Source: a bacterium
GTDB taxonomy: Bacteria; UBA8248
Length of the DNA: 64,000 nucleotides
NCBI GenBank assembly: GCA_965213625.1
Contig: CBDBZU010000004.1
Span: 1,760,001 to 1,824,000, forward strand
Reading direction: 5' to 3'
Both the position numbers and the translations under genes were made by a program. This document shows, piece by piece, positions 39,618-50,094 of the stretch. Below the pieces are notes generated by a model that saw only the letters and a list, made by a program, of their open reading frames with translations, did not search any database and was not told where the DNA came from. Every line of letters begins with the position of its first letter. Within the stretch, counting starts at the first letter, position 1.

Positions 39618-40808
39618 TTATGCTAGTTCCCGTTTATTTTCCCCCGGACTCATTCCAACCTCGCCCATGCGTTCATAGAGTGCCAGTATATTTTCAGTCA
39701 CGATTTCATCGGAAAACTCCTCTTCCACGATCCTCCGCCCTGCCTCGCCCATTCTTCGTCTCAAGTTAGAATCCTGCGCCAGCTTTCCGATGGCGTCGGC
39801 CAATCTCCTGGCGTCACGTGGCGGGACGCTCAGTCCATTCACTCCGTTATTGAGGACTTCCCGGCAACCGGGAATTTCGGTGGCCACCAGGGGGCGGGCG
39901 CATGCCGCCGCCTCCAGCAGGCTTCTCGGGAGCCCCTCCTTATAGTAGGTCGGCAAAACGGCGATGTGGCAGCCTGTCCAAACTTCGCTCATGTTCTCCT
40001 TGTAGCCCCACCATTCGACTTGGCCCAAGCGGTTCCAACCGGAAAGCGTGGATTCGGGGATAGAAGATGGGTTCTTGGGGTCCGGGCTTCCCACCAGCGC
40101 CATGCGAATATTTATGCCCTCTTTATTCAGCAAGGCCGCCGCTTCTACGAATTCATGCACCCCTTTATCCGCGAGCATCCGGGAGGCGAGCACCGCGAGG
40201 GGCGGGCCCGGGGGCTCCGGCGCTGCATGAAAAGAGCAGACGTCGACGCCCGAGCCGCGAATAACGCTCAGGCGCGATTCATCGGGAAGGATATTTTCGA
40301 GGATCACCTCTTTATCGCCGTCGTTTTGCACGATGACGCTGGTGTTTTCCTTCTTGTGAACATACTTGAGCAGAAAAAGAACGATTCTTTTCAACAAAGA
40401 TAGTTTCAGCGAATTTTCGGAAAACAACGAGCCCATTCCCAAGAACGAGTTCACGACGTGTGGTGTTTTGACGAGAAGCGCGGCGAGCGAGCCGTGCAGC
40501 AGGTTTCTCACGCCGAAATGGTGAGCGATTCGGGGTCGGTACTTCCGGTAGGCGCGAACGAGTTTGAGAAAGGTCAGAAATTCCCTCCAAATATTGATCC
40601 CCGCCTTGTTTTCAATTCCCAAATCGATACATTCGAATCCCTCCGTTTGAATCTGTTCCATGTAATTTCCACCGATTCTCACGCATACGAAGACGCGGTA
40701 CCCTGCATTCCTGGCCGCCAGCGCGAGCTCGCGCCTGTGGCTCAAGAAGTACTTAGCCTCCAAATCCAGCAAAAATAGCGTCTTGTTCATCTTATCGCTC
40801 TTGCTCAT
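39618..40808 (-). CDS. GT4 glycosyltransferase
   Basis: GSGVD, SRML.DKG and EGLPRSLLEAAA motifs. Confidence 0.9.
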   Translation of the reverse strand: MSKSDKMNKTLFLLDLEAKYFLSHRRELALAARNAGYRVFVCVRIGGNYMEQIQTEGFECIDLGIENKAGINIWREFLTFLKLVRAYRKYRPRIAHHFGVRNLLHGSLAALLVKTPHVVNSFLGMGSLFSENSLKLSLLKRIVLFLLKYVHKKENTSVIVQNDGDKEVILENILPDESRLSVIRGSGVDVCSFHAAPEPPGPPLAVLASRMLADKGVHEFVEAAALLNKEGINIRMALVGSPDPKNPSSIPESTLSGWNRLGQVEWWGYKENMSEVWTGCHIAVLPTYYKEGLPRSLLEAAACARPLVATEIPGCREVLNNGVNGLSVPPRDARRLADAIGKLAQDSNLRRRMGEAGRRIVEEEFSDEIVTENILALYERMGEVGMSPGENKRELA

Positions 40809-42741
40809 CCAGCCAGGATTGAAACATCAACACGCTCCAAAGCCCGAATTGCCAATCCCTTGCACCGGATTCGTGCTGTGTCCACATTCGGCGAATGGTT
40901 TCCGCATGGGAAAATCCCGCTTCCTCGAGTCGCGTTTCTTTCAACAAAACCTCCGCCCAGTCCTTAAGTGGTCCTCTCAGCCATTCGCCGATAGGTGCGG
41001 CGAACCCCATTTTAGGCCTACCTGTCAGCGAAGCGGGAGCGTAGCGGGAGAACAAGCGCCTTAAAATCCACTTCCCTTCGCCACCCCTAAGCTTCAGCCT
41101 TAGCGGCAGACTCCAGACAAACTCCACGACACGGTGATCCAGGTAGGGCGCTCTCACCTCGAGGCTCGCTCCCATGCCCGCCCTGTCCACCTTCATGAGG
41201 ATATCATCGGGCAAATATTCCACCATGTCGCGGTACATCATCCTCTCGGCGGGATGAAGGCCTTGAGGGACTGGTCTTGGAGCATGTGTATTATCCGGTT
41301 CCAAATGCGCATTGAGGCATCCCGAAACATCGCCGTACGCCCTCAGGCGTTGATACATCTCATCGAGACTCGCTGCGCCGAAGATATTCGCCAGCTTTTG
41401 GAGCTTCTCTCCGGCCATCTCTATCCGATATCGTCGGGGCAGCGAGGGAGATATTTTTTCATAATAATGCGCCAGCGTAGAATGCCGCGTCATTAGAGTC
41501 TTTGCGATTCGCGTTTTTATGCGCTCCGGCAACCGGTGAGACCACTTCCAGACCCTAGGGACCAATAAATAACGATTATAGCCGCCGAAAAGCTCATCAC
41601 CCCCATCGCCCGAGAGAGCGACCGTCACGTCGTGTTCCCTTGTGAGGGCGCACAACAGGTGCGTGGGAATCTGGGACGGATCCGCAAACGGCTCGTCATA
41701 TAGCCGGGGAAGGTGCGGAATGATCTCAAGCGCTTCTTTCGGGCCTGCATAGAGCTCGGTGTGCTCGGTTTCGAAGTGACGAGCCACCTCCCGTGCATGA
41801 TGGGCCTCGTCGTAGCCTTTCTCGTGAAAGCCGATGGAAAACGTCCGAACGGGATAGCGATTCTCCGCTTTCATCAAGGCGACTAGAGTCGATGAGTCGA
41901 CTCCGCCGGAAAGAAACGCGCCGAGCGGCGCATCGGAGCGCAGCATCTGGCGCACGGAGCGTATCAGCACCTCTTCTAGTTGATCGAGCGCCTCATCCTC
42001 GGAGAGAACTTCTCTATCTGTTGATGCACGCTTCACGACATCATGTGCGGACCAGAATGTGCTTGTCCCCGGCAGATGTCCGGGTGCGTCCGAAGCGCGT
42101 AGGCTCAAGATGGAGGCGGGCGGCAGTTTGTTGATCCCCCGGTAGATGGAATGTGGAGCGGGTAAGCAGCCCAGTTTCATGTACGCGGCCAGAGCGTCGG
42201 CGGAGATTTCGCCTGCCCAATCAGGATGCGCGCGGAGGGCTTTGAGTTCCGATCCGAAAAGAAAGGATTTTCCGCACCAGCCATAGTAGAGTGGTTTTTC
42301 GCCCATGCGGTCGCGCGCGAGGTGAAGCGTTCTCTCCGTGCGATCCCACAGGGCGAAGGCGAACATCCCGACGAATCGCTCTATAGCTGCTTCCAACCCC
42401 CACGTTTCCACCGCGGCGAGGAGGACCTCGGTGTCCGATCGGCCCTGGAAGCGCACCCCCTCATGCGTCAATTCATCGCGCAGTTCGATGAAATTATAGA
42501 TTTCCCCGTTATAGGAGAGGACGTATCGACCCCCGTGGGAGATCATCGGCTGGCGGCCGTCCGCGCTCAAGTCGATGACGGCGAGCCTCCTGTGCCCCAG
42601 TGCGACGCCCGCCTTCTCATCTACCCAGCTTCCCCCATCGTCCGGCCCCCGGTGGCGCAGGCTTTCCATCATCCTCGAAACGACGCCCCGGGGGTCGACT
42701 GTCTCTCGATGCGTGAAGAGATAACCCGCAACGCCGCACAT
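40792..42741 (-). CDS. asnB: Second asparagine synthase-like glutamine amidotransferase
   Basis: MCGVAG, HRGPD, LSGGVDSS and DGGDELFGGY motifs. Confidence 0.9.
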   Translation of the reverse strand: MCGVAGYLFTHRETVDPRGVVSRMMESLRHRGPDDGGSWVDEKAGVALGHRRLAVIDLSADGRQPMISHGGRYVLSYNGEIYNFIELRDELTHEGVRFQGRSDTEVLLAAVETWGLEAAIERFVGMFAFALWDRTERTLHLARDRMGEKPLYYGWCGKSFLFGSELKALRAHPDWAGEISADALAAYMKLGCLPAPHSIYRGINKLPPASILSLRASDAPGHLPGTSTFWSAHDVVKRASTDREVLSEDEALDQLEEVLIRSVRQMLRSDAPLGAFLSGGVDSSTLVALMKAENRYPVRTFSIGFHEKGYDEAHHAREVARHFETEHTELYAGPKEALEIIPHLPRLYDEPFADPSQIPTHLLCALTREHDVTVALSGDGGDELFGGYNRYLLVPRVWKWSHRLPERIKTRIAKTLMTRHSTLAHYYEKISPSLPRRYRIEMAGEKLQKLANIFGAASLDEMYQRLRAYGDVSGCLNAHLEPDNTHAPRPVPQGLHPAERMMYRDMVEYLPDDILMKVDRAGMGASLEVRAPYLDHRVVEFVWSLPLRLKLRGGEGKWILRRLFSRYAPASLTGRPKMGFAAPIGEWLRGPLKDWAEVLLKETRLEEAGFSHAETIRRMWTQHESGARDWQFGLWSVLMFQSWLDEQER

Positions 42742-42794
42742 GATGTCCGCTCAGATTAAGTGGATGGAACCGGCGCGCGCGCTGGGTTCCATTC

Positions 42795-43550
42795 TCAGAT
42801 TTTGCGCAGCGCGAGGCCGAAGGTCTCGGCCGCCCGCTCTCGCGCCATGAGGTAGAAACCCCAAAGCCAAAGTCGCCAGAGAACGTGAAAGGGCGCGAAA
42901 AAGCTGAAATACTCGCTGGAATAATAGGCCCTTTTCTGAACCACGGCGAAGCTTGCTCCGCGCGCCATTTCTTCGAATTCGGGCAGCGTGCAGCGATGGT
43001 AGTGGCCCGGAAAACCGGTCTTGCCCGCAAGTTCAGGATAGACTTGCCTCAGCAGACCTCGTTTGAGTTTTTCGGGGATGACTCGATTTACCCGCGCATA
43101 GAGAGCGTTTTTTGACGGCGTGAAGAGGAGGGCGACGCCGCCTTTTTTCAATATGCTCGCCAGGCCGGCGAAAGCGGATTTCGTGTCCGCGACATGCTCG
43201 AGCAGCGCCTGGCAGATCACCACGTCGGCGTCTTCGCGTCCTCGGTATTCGGTGATGTCGGCGCGGATAGTCGCATCGTAAGCTCCGGTCGGCGCCCTGG
43301 TCAGTTCTCCCTCGTCGATGTCGAGGCCTACGACATGAAGACCCCGCAGCACCTTCTCTTCTCTGGAGTGCAGAGGATGTTTCCCTCCGCCCACATCGTA
43401 GACCAGCGCACCATCGGGGATATGAGGAGGTGCGAATTGCTCCCGGAAATGCGCCTGTCCATCCACCTGGAATTTCTCGGGCAGAAATGTATCGAAACGT
43501 CTTGAGAGGAATTTGTTGAAATCGATGAATTTTCCTGGCAGGCCGCGCAT
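42795..43550 (-). CDS. Class I SAM-dependent methyltransferase
   Basis: YDVGGG, GLDID and LLEHV...LKKGG motifs. Confidence 0.8.
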   Translation of the reverse strand: MRGLPGKFIDFNKFLSRRFDTFLPEKFQVDGQAHFREQFAPPHIPDGALVYDVGGGKHPLHSREEKVLRGLHVVGLDIDEGELTRAPTGAYDATIRADITEYRGREDADVVICQALLEHVADTKSAFAGLASILKKGGVALLFTPSKNALYARVNRVIPEKLKRGLLRQVYPELAGKTGFPGHYHRCTLPEFEEMARGASFAVVQKRAYYSSEYFSFFAPFHVLWRLWLWGFYLMARERAAETFGLALRKI

Positions 43551-43717
43551 GAATTGGGGAGTCCCTGTCTCGCAGAAAACGAAGGGTCGAGAAACTGCTC
43601 GACCGAACAGGGGTCCTCATGCCACCCATTATGTCAAAAGAGTGGGGCAGGGGAAACGGTCCGGCATAAATTCAAGAAGGCGCCTCCCCTTCTCAGGGGA
43701 AGCTACCTTCAATCGGT

Positions 43718-44605
43718 CTAGCCTAGCTTCTCCCGGAAGAAGGCTATCGTGCGCTTCCAGGCGAGTTCGGCGGCGGCTTTGTCGTAGCGCGGCGTGGTGT
43801 CGTTATGGAAGCCGTGGTTGGCCTTCGGGTAGAAATGCGCGGTGTATTCCTTGCCGAGTTTCTTGAGCGCGGCCTCATAGGCGGGCCAGCCCTTGTTGAT
43901 GCGCGCGTCGAGCTCGCCGAAGTGGATCAGCAGGGGCGCCTTGATCCTGGCGACCTCGGCTTCGGTCTTTGGATGGCGGCCGTAGAAAGGAACGGACGCG
44001 GCGAGGTCCGGCTTGTGAACGGCCATGGCGTTCGAAACGCCGCCCCCGTAGCAAAAGCCCACCACGCCGACCTTTCCGTTCGCGCTCGCGTCGGCTTTTA
44101 AGTGATCGAAGGCGGCGAAGAAATCCTGTAGCAGCTTCGCCTTATCCAGTTTTCGCTGCATGACCTTGCCTTCGGGGTCGTTGCCGGGGTATCCGCCCAG
44201 CGGGGTGAGGCCGTCGGGCGCGAGCGCAGTGAAGCCGGCCACGGCAACGCGCCGGGCCACGTCCGCGATGTAGGGGTTCAGCCCCCTGTTCTCATGTACG
44301 ACGACCACGCCGCTGCGCTTGCCCCCGCCCGCGGGCCGGACGAGATAACCTTTTATCTTCCCGTGCCCCTTGGGCGAGGCGTACTCGATGGTCTGCCCGT
44401 TGATGCGCGCGTCGTTCTCCTCGACCTGTTTCGCCAGTGCGTAATTTGGCGATAGCATATCCAGCAGGGCGGCGGCGGTGAGGCCGCCCACGGCAAACTT
44501 GGCCGCCTTGTCGAGAAACTCCCTGCGCTCGATGATGCCGTGCACGTACTTATCGAAGAGATCCAGCAATTCCTGGTCGAAATCACTCGCCTGCATGCGC
44601 TCCAT
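43718..44605 (-). CDS. Dienelactone hydrolase family protein (YghX-like)
   Basis: [14 protein letters not shown] and [13 protein letters not shown]; likely start MERMQ at 44605. Confidence 0.9.
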   Translation of the reverse strand: MERMQASDFDQELLDLFDKYVHGIIERREFLDKAAKFAVGGLTAAALLDMLSPNYALAKQVEENDARINGQTIEYASPKGHGKIKGYLVRPAGGGKRSGVVVVHENRGLNPYIADVARRVAVAGFTALAPDGLTPLGGYPGNDPEGKVMQRKLDKAKLLQDFFAAFDHLKADASANGKVGVVGFCYGGGVSNAMAVHKPDLAASVPFYGRHPKTEAEVARIKAPLLIHFGELDARINKGWPAYEAALKKLGKEYTAHFYPKANHGFHNDTTPRYDKAAAELAWKRTIAFFREKLG

Positions 44606-45259
44606 GACGGTCTCCTGGTTTTGGGAAAAGGGACGTATTAACGATTGGCGCCAGGCGGCCGGGGCGCTGCCAGGATTATACATCGTTTTCAGGCGATGCG
44701 GCCATGCAGCGCGAAAGTTCGGATGACGGCTCTTGAATGCCTCTTTTGTCGTCTCGTCCGCGTGCGAAAATGCGGGCAGTTGCGGGAAAATGCGGTATAT
44801 GCGAATAACTTTTTTCACCGCTATATTTAAGTGTGCCACACTCAGAATCAAGAAAAAACCTGTTTTATTACAATCAGTTACGAGGAAATCTCTTTTCAGG
44901 AATTTATCGAAAAACCCCGTGAATTTATCGATATTTACGGAAAATTTTATTATTTTCATTGCTGTGCCTTCCTTGCATCCATGGGTGTTGCTTTTTTCCC
45001 GACGAGCGACGATCCCGACCGGGGCGCCATGTGCGGGCTGGGAAGAAGCCGCCGCCTTCGCCTTCGACCCATCATTCGTGGCCATGGGAAAACCTCCCGT
45101 TCTTTCGTATCGACTCGATCCAGTGCGGAACCGGACTCGACCCTGAGGGAGAGTCCGGCTTCCCCGCGCGGCGCGCACGATAGCGCAGCGCCGGTTTTCC
45201 GGGCGTACGGCAAATGCGGGGAATTGCGTGTTCACTTTCGGGAGGGTGTGATTGCTTCC

Positions 45260-45836
45260 GTAGCAGACAGGCCCCTGCGCCTGTCCGGGGTCGTGACCTG
45301 TCCGAGGCCCCTGTGGCCGCCCGGCCCCGCTTGCGCGCCGTATCGAGGGACGAGGGGAGTCGAACGCCTCGCGCCAGGCGAGAATGCAATTCCTCCTTCA
45401 TTGGGGCTGTTGAAAAATCCTTACGTGAGATTTTTCGTTTGTTGTAGGGACAGGCCTCCGTGCCTGTCCAGAATGTAACCATCCTGCAAAAGGACAACCA
45501 CGGAGGGTTGTCCCTACACCCCCTCGCGTCGAACCCTCTCTCCCCGGTCGGCTCCATACGCTGAATCTCGAATTTGAGGCATTTTCAACAGCCCCTAATT
45601 AGTCGGAATTGCCCTTCGATACGCAGCTTTGCCGCTACTCAGGGTGAGGCGGATTCGGAGGCAAGCAAGAAGCGGGTTTAACGCTCAAGGGGGAGTGGTT
45701 CCTGTTTTGCATTTTCGGCATGCGCCGGAATGACGGCGGGGTGAACAACCTCGACCGGGGGGGGAATGGATTTGCCCTGTTGTTGTAGCGGACAGGCCCC
45801 TGCGCCTGTCCGGGGTCGAGACCTGTCCGAGACCCC
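45260..45836 (+). repeat. Pair of 52-bp direct repeats beginning with a GTAG REP (45260-45311 and 45785-45836)
   Basis: GTAGC(A/G)GACAGGCCCCTGCGCCTGTCCGGGGTCG(T/A)GACCTGTCCGAG(G/A)CCCC, 3 mismatches. Confidence 0.75.
45403..45595. mobile_element. MITE with IS1182-type ends carrying a REP pair (45444-45517)
   Basis: GGGGCTGTTGAAAA ... TTTTCAACAGCCCC; flanks TCATT/TAATT. Confidence 0.7.
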
Positions 45837-45867
45837 CTTGCCCGCCCGGGGACCGGTGTGTCCGCCC

Positions 45868-47019
45868 CTACCCCAACCTCTCCCTCAGCCACCGGAAAGA
45901 CTCGGGCGCCCACTCGGTGAAGTGCTTGAAGGCGCAGTGGCCATCATCCGGGTAGACGCGCGCCTCCTTGCCGGTCACGGGGCCGTGTTCGAGCATGTAG
46001 TAGATGTTCCCGATGGGGGCCAGGTGGTCCTGTTTCCCGTTGATCATCAGGACGGGGCAGACGATTTTATCCACCAGACCCAGTTCGCTCAGCGACCAGC
46101 GCTTGAAGAGCGCTTCTTCTTTCTCGACCGTGGTGGGCGGAAACGAGGGGCCGTCTCCAGGCGCGCCGAAGATGTGGACGGCCCGCCTGTTCCTGTTGCC
46201 GACGTAGTTCGCCATCTCCGCATCGCTCATGCGGTAGCCGAAGTGATGACCCGCGCTCGCCACGGCTGCGTGCACCTTTTCGGGATAGGAACCCGCGAGC
46301 AGCATCACCGAATGCCCGCCCCGGCTGATGCCGAACGCGCCGATGCGCCCCCCGTCCACCTCGGGCCGCGCGGCGAGGTAGTCGATAGCCGCCTTCCACG
46401 CCGAGACGGATTCCGGCTCGTAGGGAAAGGGGTTCTCCCCGGTGCCGGGGCCGTCCATCACGAGGGTGGCCAGGCCGTGCGCGAGGGCCATTTCGCCCGC
46501 CCAGCCGCGGTCTTCCTTGAACATGTCCCCGCCGCACATGATGAGGACGGCTGGGGCGGGGTTATCCGCGTTCGCGTCTTTTGGCGCGCGGAAATGGGAG
46601 GTGATGCGCTCGCCCGCGCACTCCACGCTTACGACTTCGAGCGGCGGGTCCAGGAACTCGCATGCTCTCAAGTAAGCGCGAATGCAGTCCTGGTTGGCTT
46701 GTTCTTTTAACGGGGTGAGCGGGCGGGGGAACCGCGCGAGGCTGTAGTAGGTCTTGGCGAGGAGAAATTTCTCCCGCGCGGCCAAAGCGTCCCCATCGGC
46801 GGCGAGTTCTTCCGCCTGTTCTTCATAGCGCGCGCCAATCCCGCTCCAGAGGGGGACCCAGAGGTCGTCCGTCGTTCCCTGGAGAGACGCAACGGCGCAT
46901 TTTAACTCTTCCATGTCCTCGATCATGGAGAACCAGCGGCGGTAGAAGCCGCCGTGCTCCACGACGAAGGGGTCTTCGCTGGGCGCGAAGGGGAGGTTTT
47001 CCAGGGGCGTGTCGTTCAT
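45868..47019 (-). CDS. Alpha/beta hydrolase (FrsA/DUF1100-like)
   Basis: DGPGTGE, GISRGG nucleophile, D..AP and GHC; likely start MNDTP. Confidence 0.82.
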   Translation of the reverse strand: MNDTPLENLPFAPSEDPFVVEHGGFYRRWFSMIEDMEELKCAVASLQGTTDDLWVPLWSGIGARYEEQAEELAADGDALAAREKFLLAKTYYSLARFPRPLTPLKEQANQDCIRAYLRACEFLDPPLEVVSVECAGERITSHFRAPKDANADNPAPAVLIMCGGDMFKEDRGWAGEMALAHGLATLVMDGPGTGENPFPYEPESVSAWKAAIDYLAARPEVDGGRIGAFGISRGGHSVMLLAGSYPEKVHAAVASAGHHFGYRMSDAEMANYVGNRNRRAVHIFGAPGDGPSFPPTTVEKEEALFKRWSLSELGLVDKIVCPVLMINGKQDHLAPIGNIYYMLEHGPVTGKEARVYPDDGHCAFKHFTEWAPESFRWLRERLG

Positions 47020-47063
47020 CGTTTCTTTCTGTGGAGAGTGGTCTGAAGAGCCGACGAATCCCT

Positions 47064-47492
47064 CTAGGCGTCCAGGTGCTCGTAGATTTCGACGACCATG
47101 CCGCCCTTGATGGTGCCGTCGCTCAGGTGGCCCGCCAGAACCTTTTCCGGCTCGCCCGGCCCGCCGCTGATGGCCATATGCACGTGGACGTAGGGCTGGG
47201 GTTCGTCCCAGGTCACGTCGCCCAGAGCAAGGGGCGGCTCGTCCGGCCAGGTGATGTTGCCGAGCGCCACGAGTTCGCGCCAGCCCTCGAAGTGCAGCCG
47301 GTCGACGTCGTAGCCGTCCATGCTCTTGAAGCCCGAAATCATGTCCGTCTCGGCGAGGGCGCCGATGAGGAAGACCGAACCCGCCCGGATGTTCTTCTCC
47401 TTCACGAGGTTGCATAAATTCGTATAAAAATTGTCTCCTGCCTCGAGCGTCACGCGGAAGATGCGGCCCAGTTTCCTCTCTTCTACTCTCAT
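47064..47492 (-). CDS. PPC domain (DUF296) protein
   Basis: HVHM and LAGHL motifs. Confidence 0.82.
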   Translation of the reverse strand: MRVEERKLGRIFRVTLEAGDNFYTNLCNLVKEKNIRAGSVFLIGALAETDMISGFKSMDGYDVDRLHFEGWRELVALGNITWPDEPPLALGDVTWDEPQPYVHVHMAISGGPGEPEKVLAGHLSDGTIKGGMVVEIYEHLDA

Positions 47493-47538
47493 TGAAGTCT
47501 CCTTTTCGGATGTTGATGTAACAGGCTTCTATCCCTGC

Positions 47539-47744
47539 GGGGTTGTTGGAAAACCTCTCCTCGCTCGGAATTGATCATCGCCGTTATTTCGGCATCATTT
47601 CCGTTTTTGTTGTAGGGGCCGCATATATGCGGCCCTCCCCGTTCGTGGCATACGGGTCGCATATATGCGACCCCTACATTCCCTCCGGCAAGGCGGTATC
47701 CCGTCGCCGCCATACCGGCATTGCAGGACTTTTTCAACGGCCCC
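47539..47744. mobile_element. Degenerate MITE with IS1182-type ends carrying a REP pair
   Basis: GGGGTTGTTGGAAAA ... TTTTCAACGGCCCC. Confidence 0.55.
47612..47677. repeat. REPIN-like inverted REP pair
   Basis: GTAGGGGCCGCATATATGCGGCCC ... GGGTCGCATATATGCGACCCCTAC. Confidence 0.8.
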
Positions 47745-47840
47745 CTCAAGGGGTCAATCCCGACGAAGGCGAGAGGGATTGTGTTGTCTTCTCTCTCGTC
47801 TGTCGATTACATACGCCAAATCACGAAATCAGGACTATTT

Positions 47841-48707
47841 CTACAACCCCCGTTGCGCGACGACCTCATCAAACAGGCGTTCGAGACCATCGCGGAAGGT
47901 TTCTTTTCTCTGCTGGAGCCAGTATTCGCCGCGCGTTTCGTCGGCATGGAAATATGGGAGAAATTTCGGATCCTCCGTGGCTTCGGCTTTCTCTTTGCCG
48001 GCGGCGACAACCTCGACCATGATCTCCATCATCCCGCTCAGGGTATTTTTGAGTTTTGTCGCCACCTCCTTGCCGCATATCTCGCCGTGACCGGGGACGA
48101 TGGTCTCGATATCGAGGCCCTCCACCCAGGCGAGCGCGTCTATCCACTCCTGCACGAAGGCGTCGCGCATGCCGGCCGAGGGGCCATTGATGACGACGTC
48201 GCCGGCGAAGAGCACACCCTCCTGGGGTACGAGGACGGACGTGCAAGCGGGGGAGTGGCCGCCCTTGCGGTGTATCTCGAAGGTGAGCGGCGGAAGATGC
48301 AGGGTGAGGTTGTCCTCGAAACAGAACTGGGGAAGCGGCACGGCGGCGTTTTCGATTTCGTCCGCCTCATCTGTGAAGCCCAAGTCCCGGAGCGTCTTCA
48401 CGAAGATTTCCTTGGAAAATGCGTTATCGCCCTTCGATATTTCATCGTAGACGTATTGGGGGGCGATGCGGGCAACGTCCCCTTCGATGAAGGAGGAGCC
48501 CGTCGTGTGGTCGCCGTGATAATCGGTGGCGATGAGGTAGCGCACGCCCAGCGGACTTAAAGAAGAAACTTCTTCCTGCCACTTGCGCGAATCGCTCGGC
48601 CGGACCGGGGAGTCGAGGAGGACGACGCCGCTTTCCGTGACGGCGGCACCCACGTTCGCCCAGTCGTAGGCGGTCTCTGCGTACAGGTGTTCGGACAGAC
48701 GATCCAT
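47841..48707 (-). CDS. MBL-fold metallohydrolase
   Basis: TDYHGDH, GGHS, FAGD and VPGHG motifs. Confidence 0.85.
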   Translation of the reverse strand: MDRLSEHLYAETAYDWANVGAAVTESGVVLLDSPVRPSDSRKWQEEVSSLSPLGVRYLIATDYHGDHTTGSSFIEGDVARIAPQYVYDEISKGDNAFSKEIFVKTLRDLGFTDEADEIENAAVPLPQFCFEDNLTLHLPPLTFEIHRKGGHSPACTSVLVPQEGVLFAGDVVINGPSAGMRDAFVQEWIDALAWVEGLDIETIVPGHGEICGKEVATKLKNTLSGMMEIMVEVVAAGKEKAEATEDPKFLPYFHADETRGEYWLQQRKETFRDGLERLFDEVVAQRGL

Positions 48708-48822
48708 GGCGGCCTCTTTCTCTTCTGGTTGACGTGAATGAGGATATTCGCGCAAGAATACCTACAAGCATTCATATCGGCAAGACGCATATCAACTTTC
48801 GTGAAGGGGAGGAAACCCTGTT

Positions 48823-49638
48823 TTGGAACTCATACTCCTGGGCGTGGGCGCGCCGCCGCCGACCCCTCAGAAAAGCGGCCCGTGCAACGCTATCGTCAGG
48901 GGCGGGAAGCTCTACCTGGTGGACGCCGCCCGCCACGCCGCGACCCAGATCATGAAGTCGGGTTTTCACGTAAGAGATGTGGACCACCTGTTTTTCACGC
49001 ATTTTCACTCCGATCACTACACCGGCTTTGGCGAGTTCTTCATCTCGCGGTGGATCATGGGCGCATCGACGCCGCTCAAGGTTTACGGGCCATCGCCCGT
49101 CGAGGAGATAGTCGAGCGGATGCTCAGCTATTACGAGTACGATATCGACCTGAGGGCGGAGGAGGGAAAGCCCAGGGCGGGAACCGATATCGAGGTGTCC
49201 GTCCTTAAGCCCGGCGATGCGTTAGAGGTGGACGGCATCGGCATCCGCGTTGATAAGGGCACGCGCCACGGGAACGTGGACGACATTATCTCCTACGCGT
49301 TCGAGGCGGAGGGGAGGAAGATCGTCATCGCGAGCGACGGCAGCCCCACGGATAAGCTGGTTCCCCTGGCGCGAGGGGCGGACGTGCTGGTCATGCACCC
49401 CTGCATCCCAGAATTGATCGATGAGAATTTCGGTGGATTCAGGGGAACGGCGAAGATTGTGGCGGCCCACCACGCCACGGCGGAAGAAGTCGGGAATACG
49501 GCTACCGAGGCCGGCGTCGGCAAGATCGTTTTCTCGCACGTCGTTCCTCCCCTGGCGCCGGACGATAAGGTGTGCGAGGCGATAGCGCCTTATTTCGACG
49601 GCCCTATAGTCGCAGGTGAGGACTTGATGCGGCTTTGA
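48823..49638 (+). CDS. MBL-fold metallohydrolase (RNase Z/arylsulfatase-like)
   Basis: THFHSDH motif, HHAT and SHVVP. Confidence 0.85.
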   Translation: MELILLGVGAPPPTPQKSGPCNAIVRGGKLYLVDAARHAATQIMKSGFHVRDVDHLFFTHFHSDHYTGFGEFFISRWIMGASTPLKVYGPSPVEEIVERMLSYYEYDIDLRAEEGKPRAGTDIEVSVLKPGDALEVDGIGIRVDKGTRHGNVDDIISYAFEAEGRKIVIASDGSPTDKLVPLARGADVLVMHPCIPELIDENFGGFRGTAKIVAAHHATAEEVGNTATEAGVGKIVFSHVVPPLAPDDKVCEAIAPYFDGPIVAGEDLMRL

Positions 49639-49794
49639 ACACTCGCTCTTCGCTCGCTTCGACACCCCACCCGCATCCCGAGTAAGCGCGCTTGCGCGTC
49701 GTATCGAGGGATGGGAGGAAAATCCTCATTCATCGGGGCAGTAGAAAAAGTCCCTCCGAGGAGGGAGGGAATCCCGATCATCGAATTGTTCACT

Positions 49795-49891
49795 GTAGGG
49801 ACAGGCCTCCGTGCCTGTCCTGACGAAGGACGACCACGGGGGCAGGACAACCACGGAGGGCAGGACAACCCCGAGGAGGGGTTGTCCCTAC
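49795..49891. repeat. REP cluster (GTAGGGACAGGC... type), preceded by a degenerate MITE end at 49736
   Basis: Same arms as 45444-45517; GGGGCAGTAGAAAAA upstream. Confidence 0.7.
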
Positions 49892-50094
49892 AAAACCATC
49901 GCGCCCGCCCACACCACGTGAACATCCATGCCGCCCGCTTCCGAAACGGATTTATCCATCAACCCCGGCCAGGGCGCATTTGTCGGATGCAACGAAATCT
50001 CGTCTGTGGCATACTTTGCGCATCCAGTTCAAATAATCGTTCACGCTTTCGTGAGGCAAACCTTCCATTTTCATTATCCGAGAGGAGAAACAAG

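Noticed and set aside
44606-45235. N-terminal extension of the 505-aa ORF
   Set aside because: Homology-like sequence starts at MERMQ (44605) after an RBS; the extension crosses AT-rich intergenic DNA
45260-45836. Repeats considered as a CRISPR array
   Set aside because: Only two copies 525 bp apart, REP-like, no regular spacers and no cas genes
47020-47415. N-terminal extension of the 515-aa ORF
   Set aside because: Overlaps the DUF296 gene in another frame; the likely start is 47019
49711-50094. N-terminal extension of the 464-aa ORF
   Set aside because: Translates REP/MITE sequence; the signal peptide and RBS are at 50095
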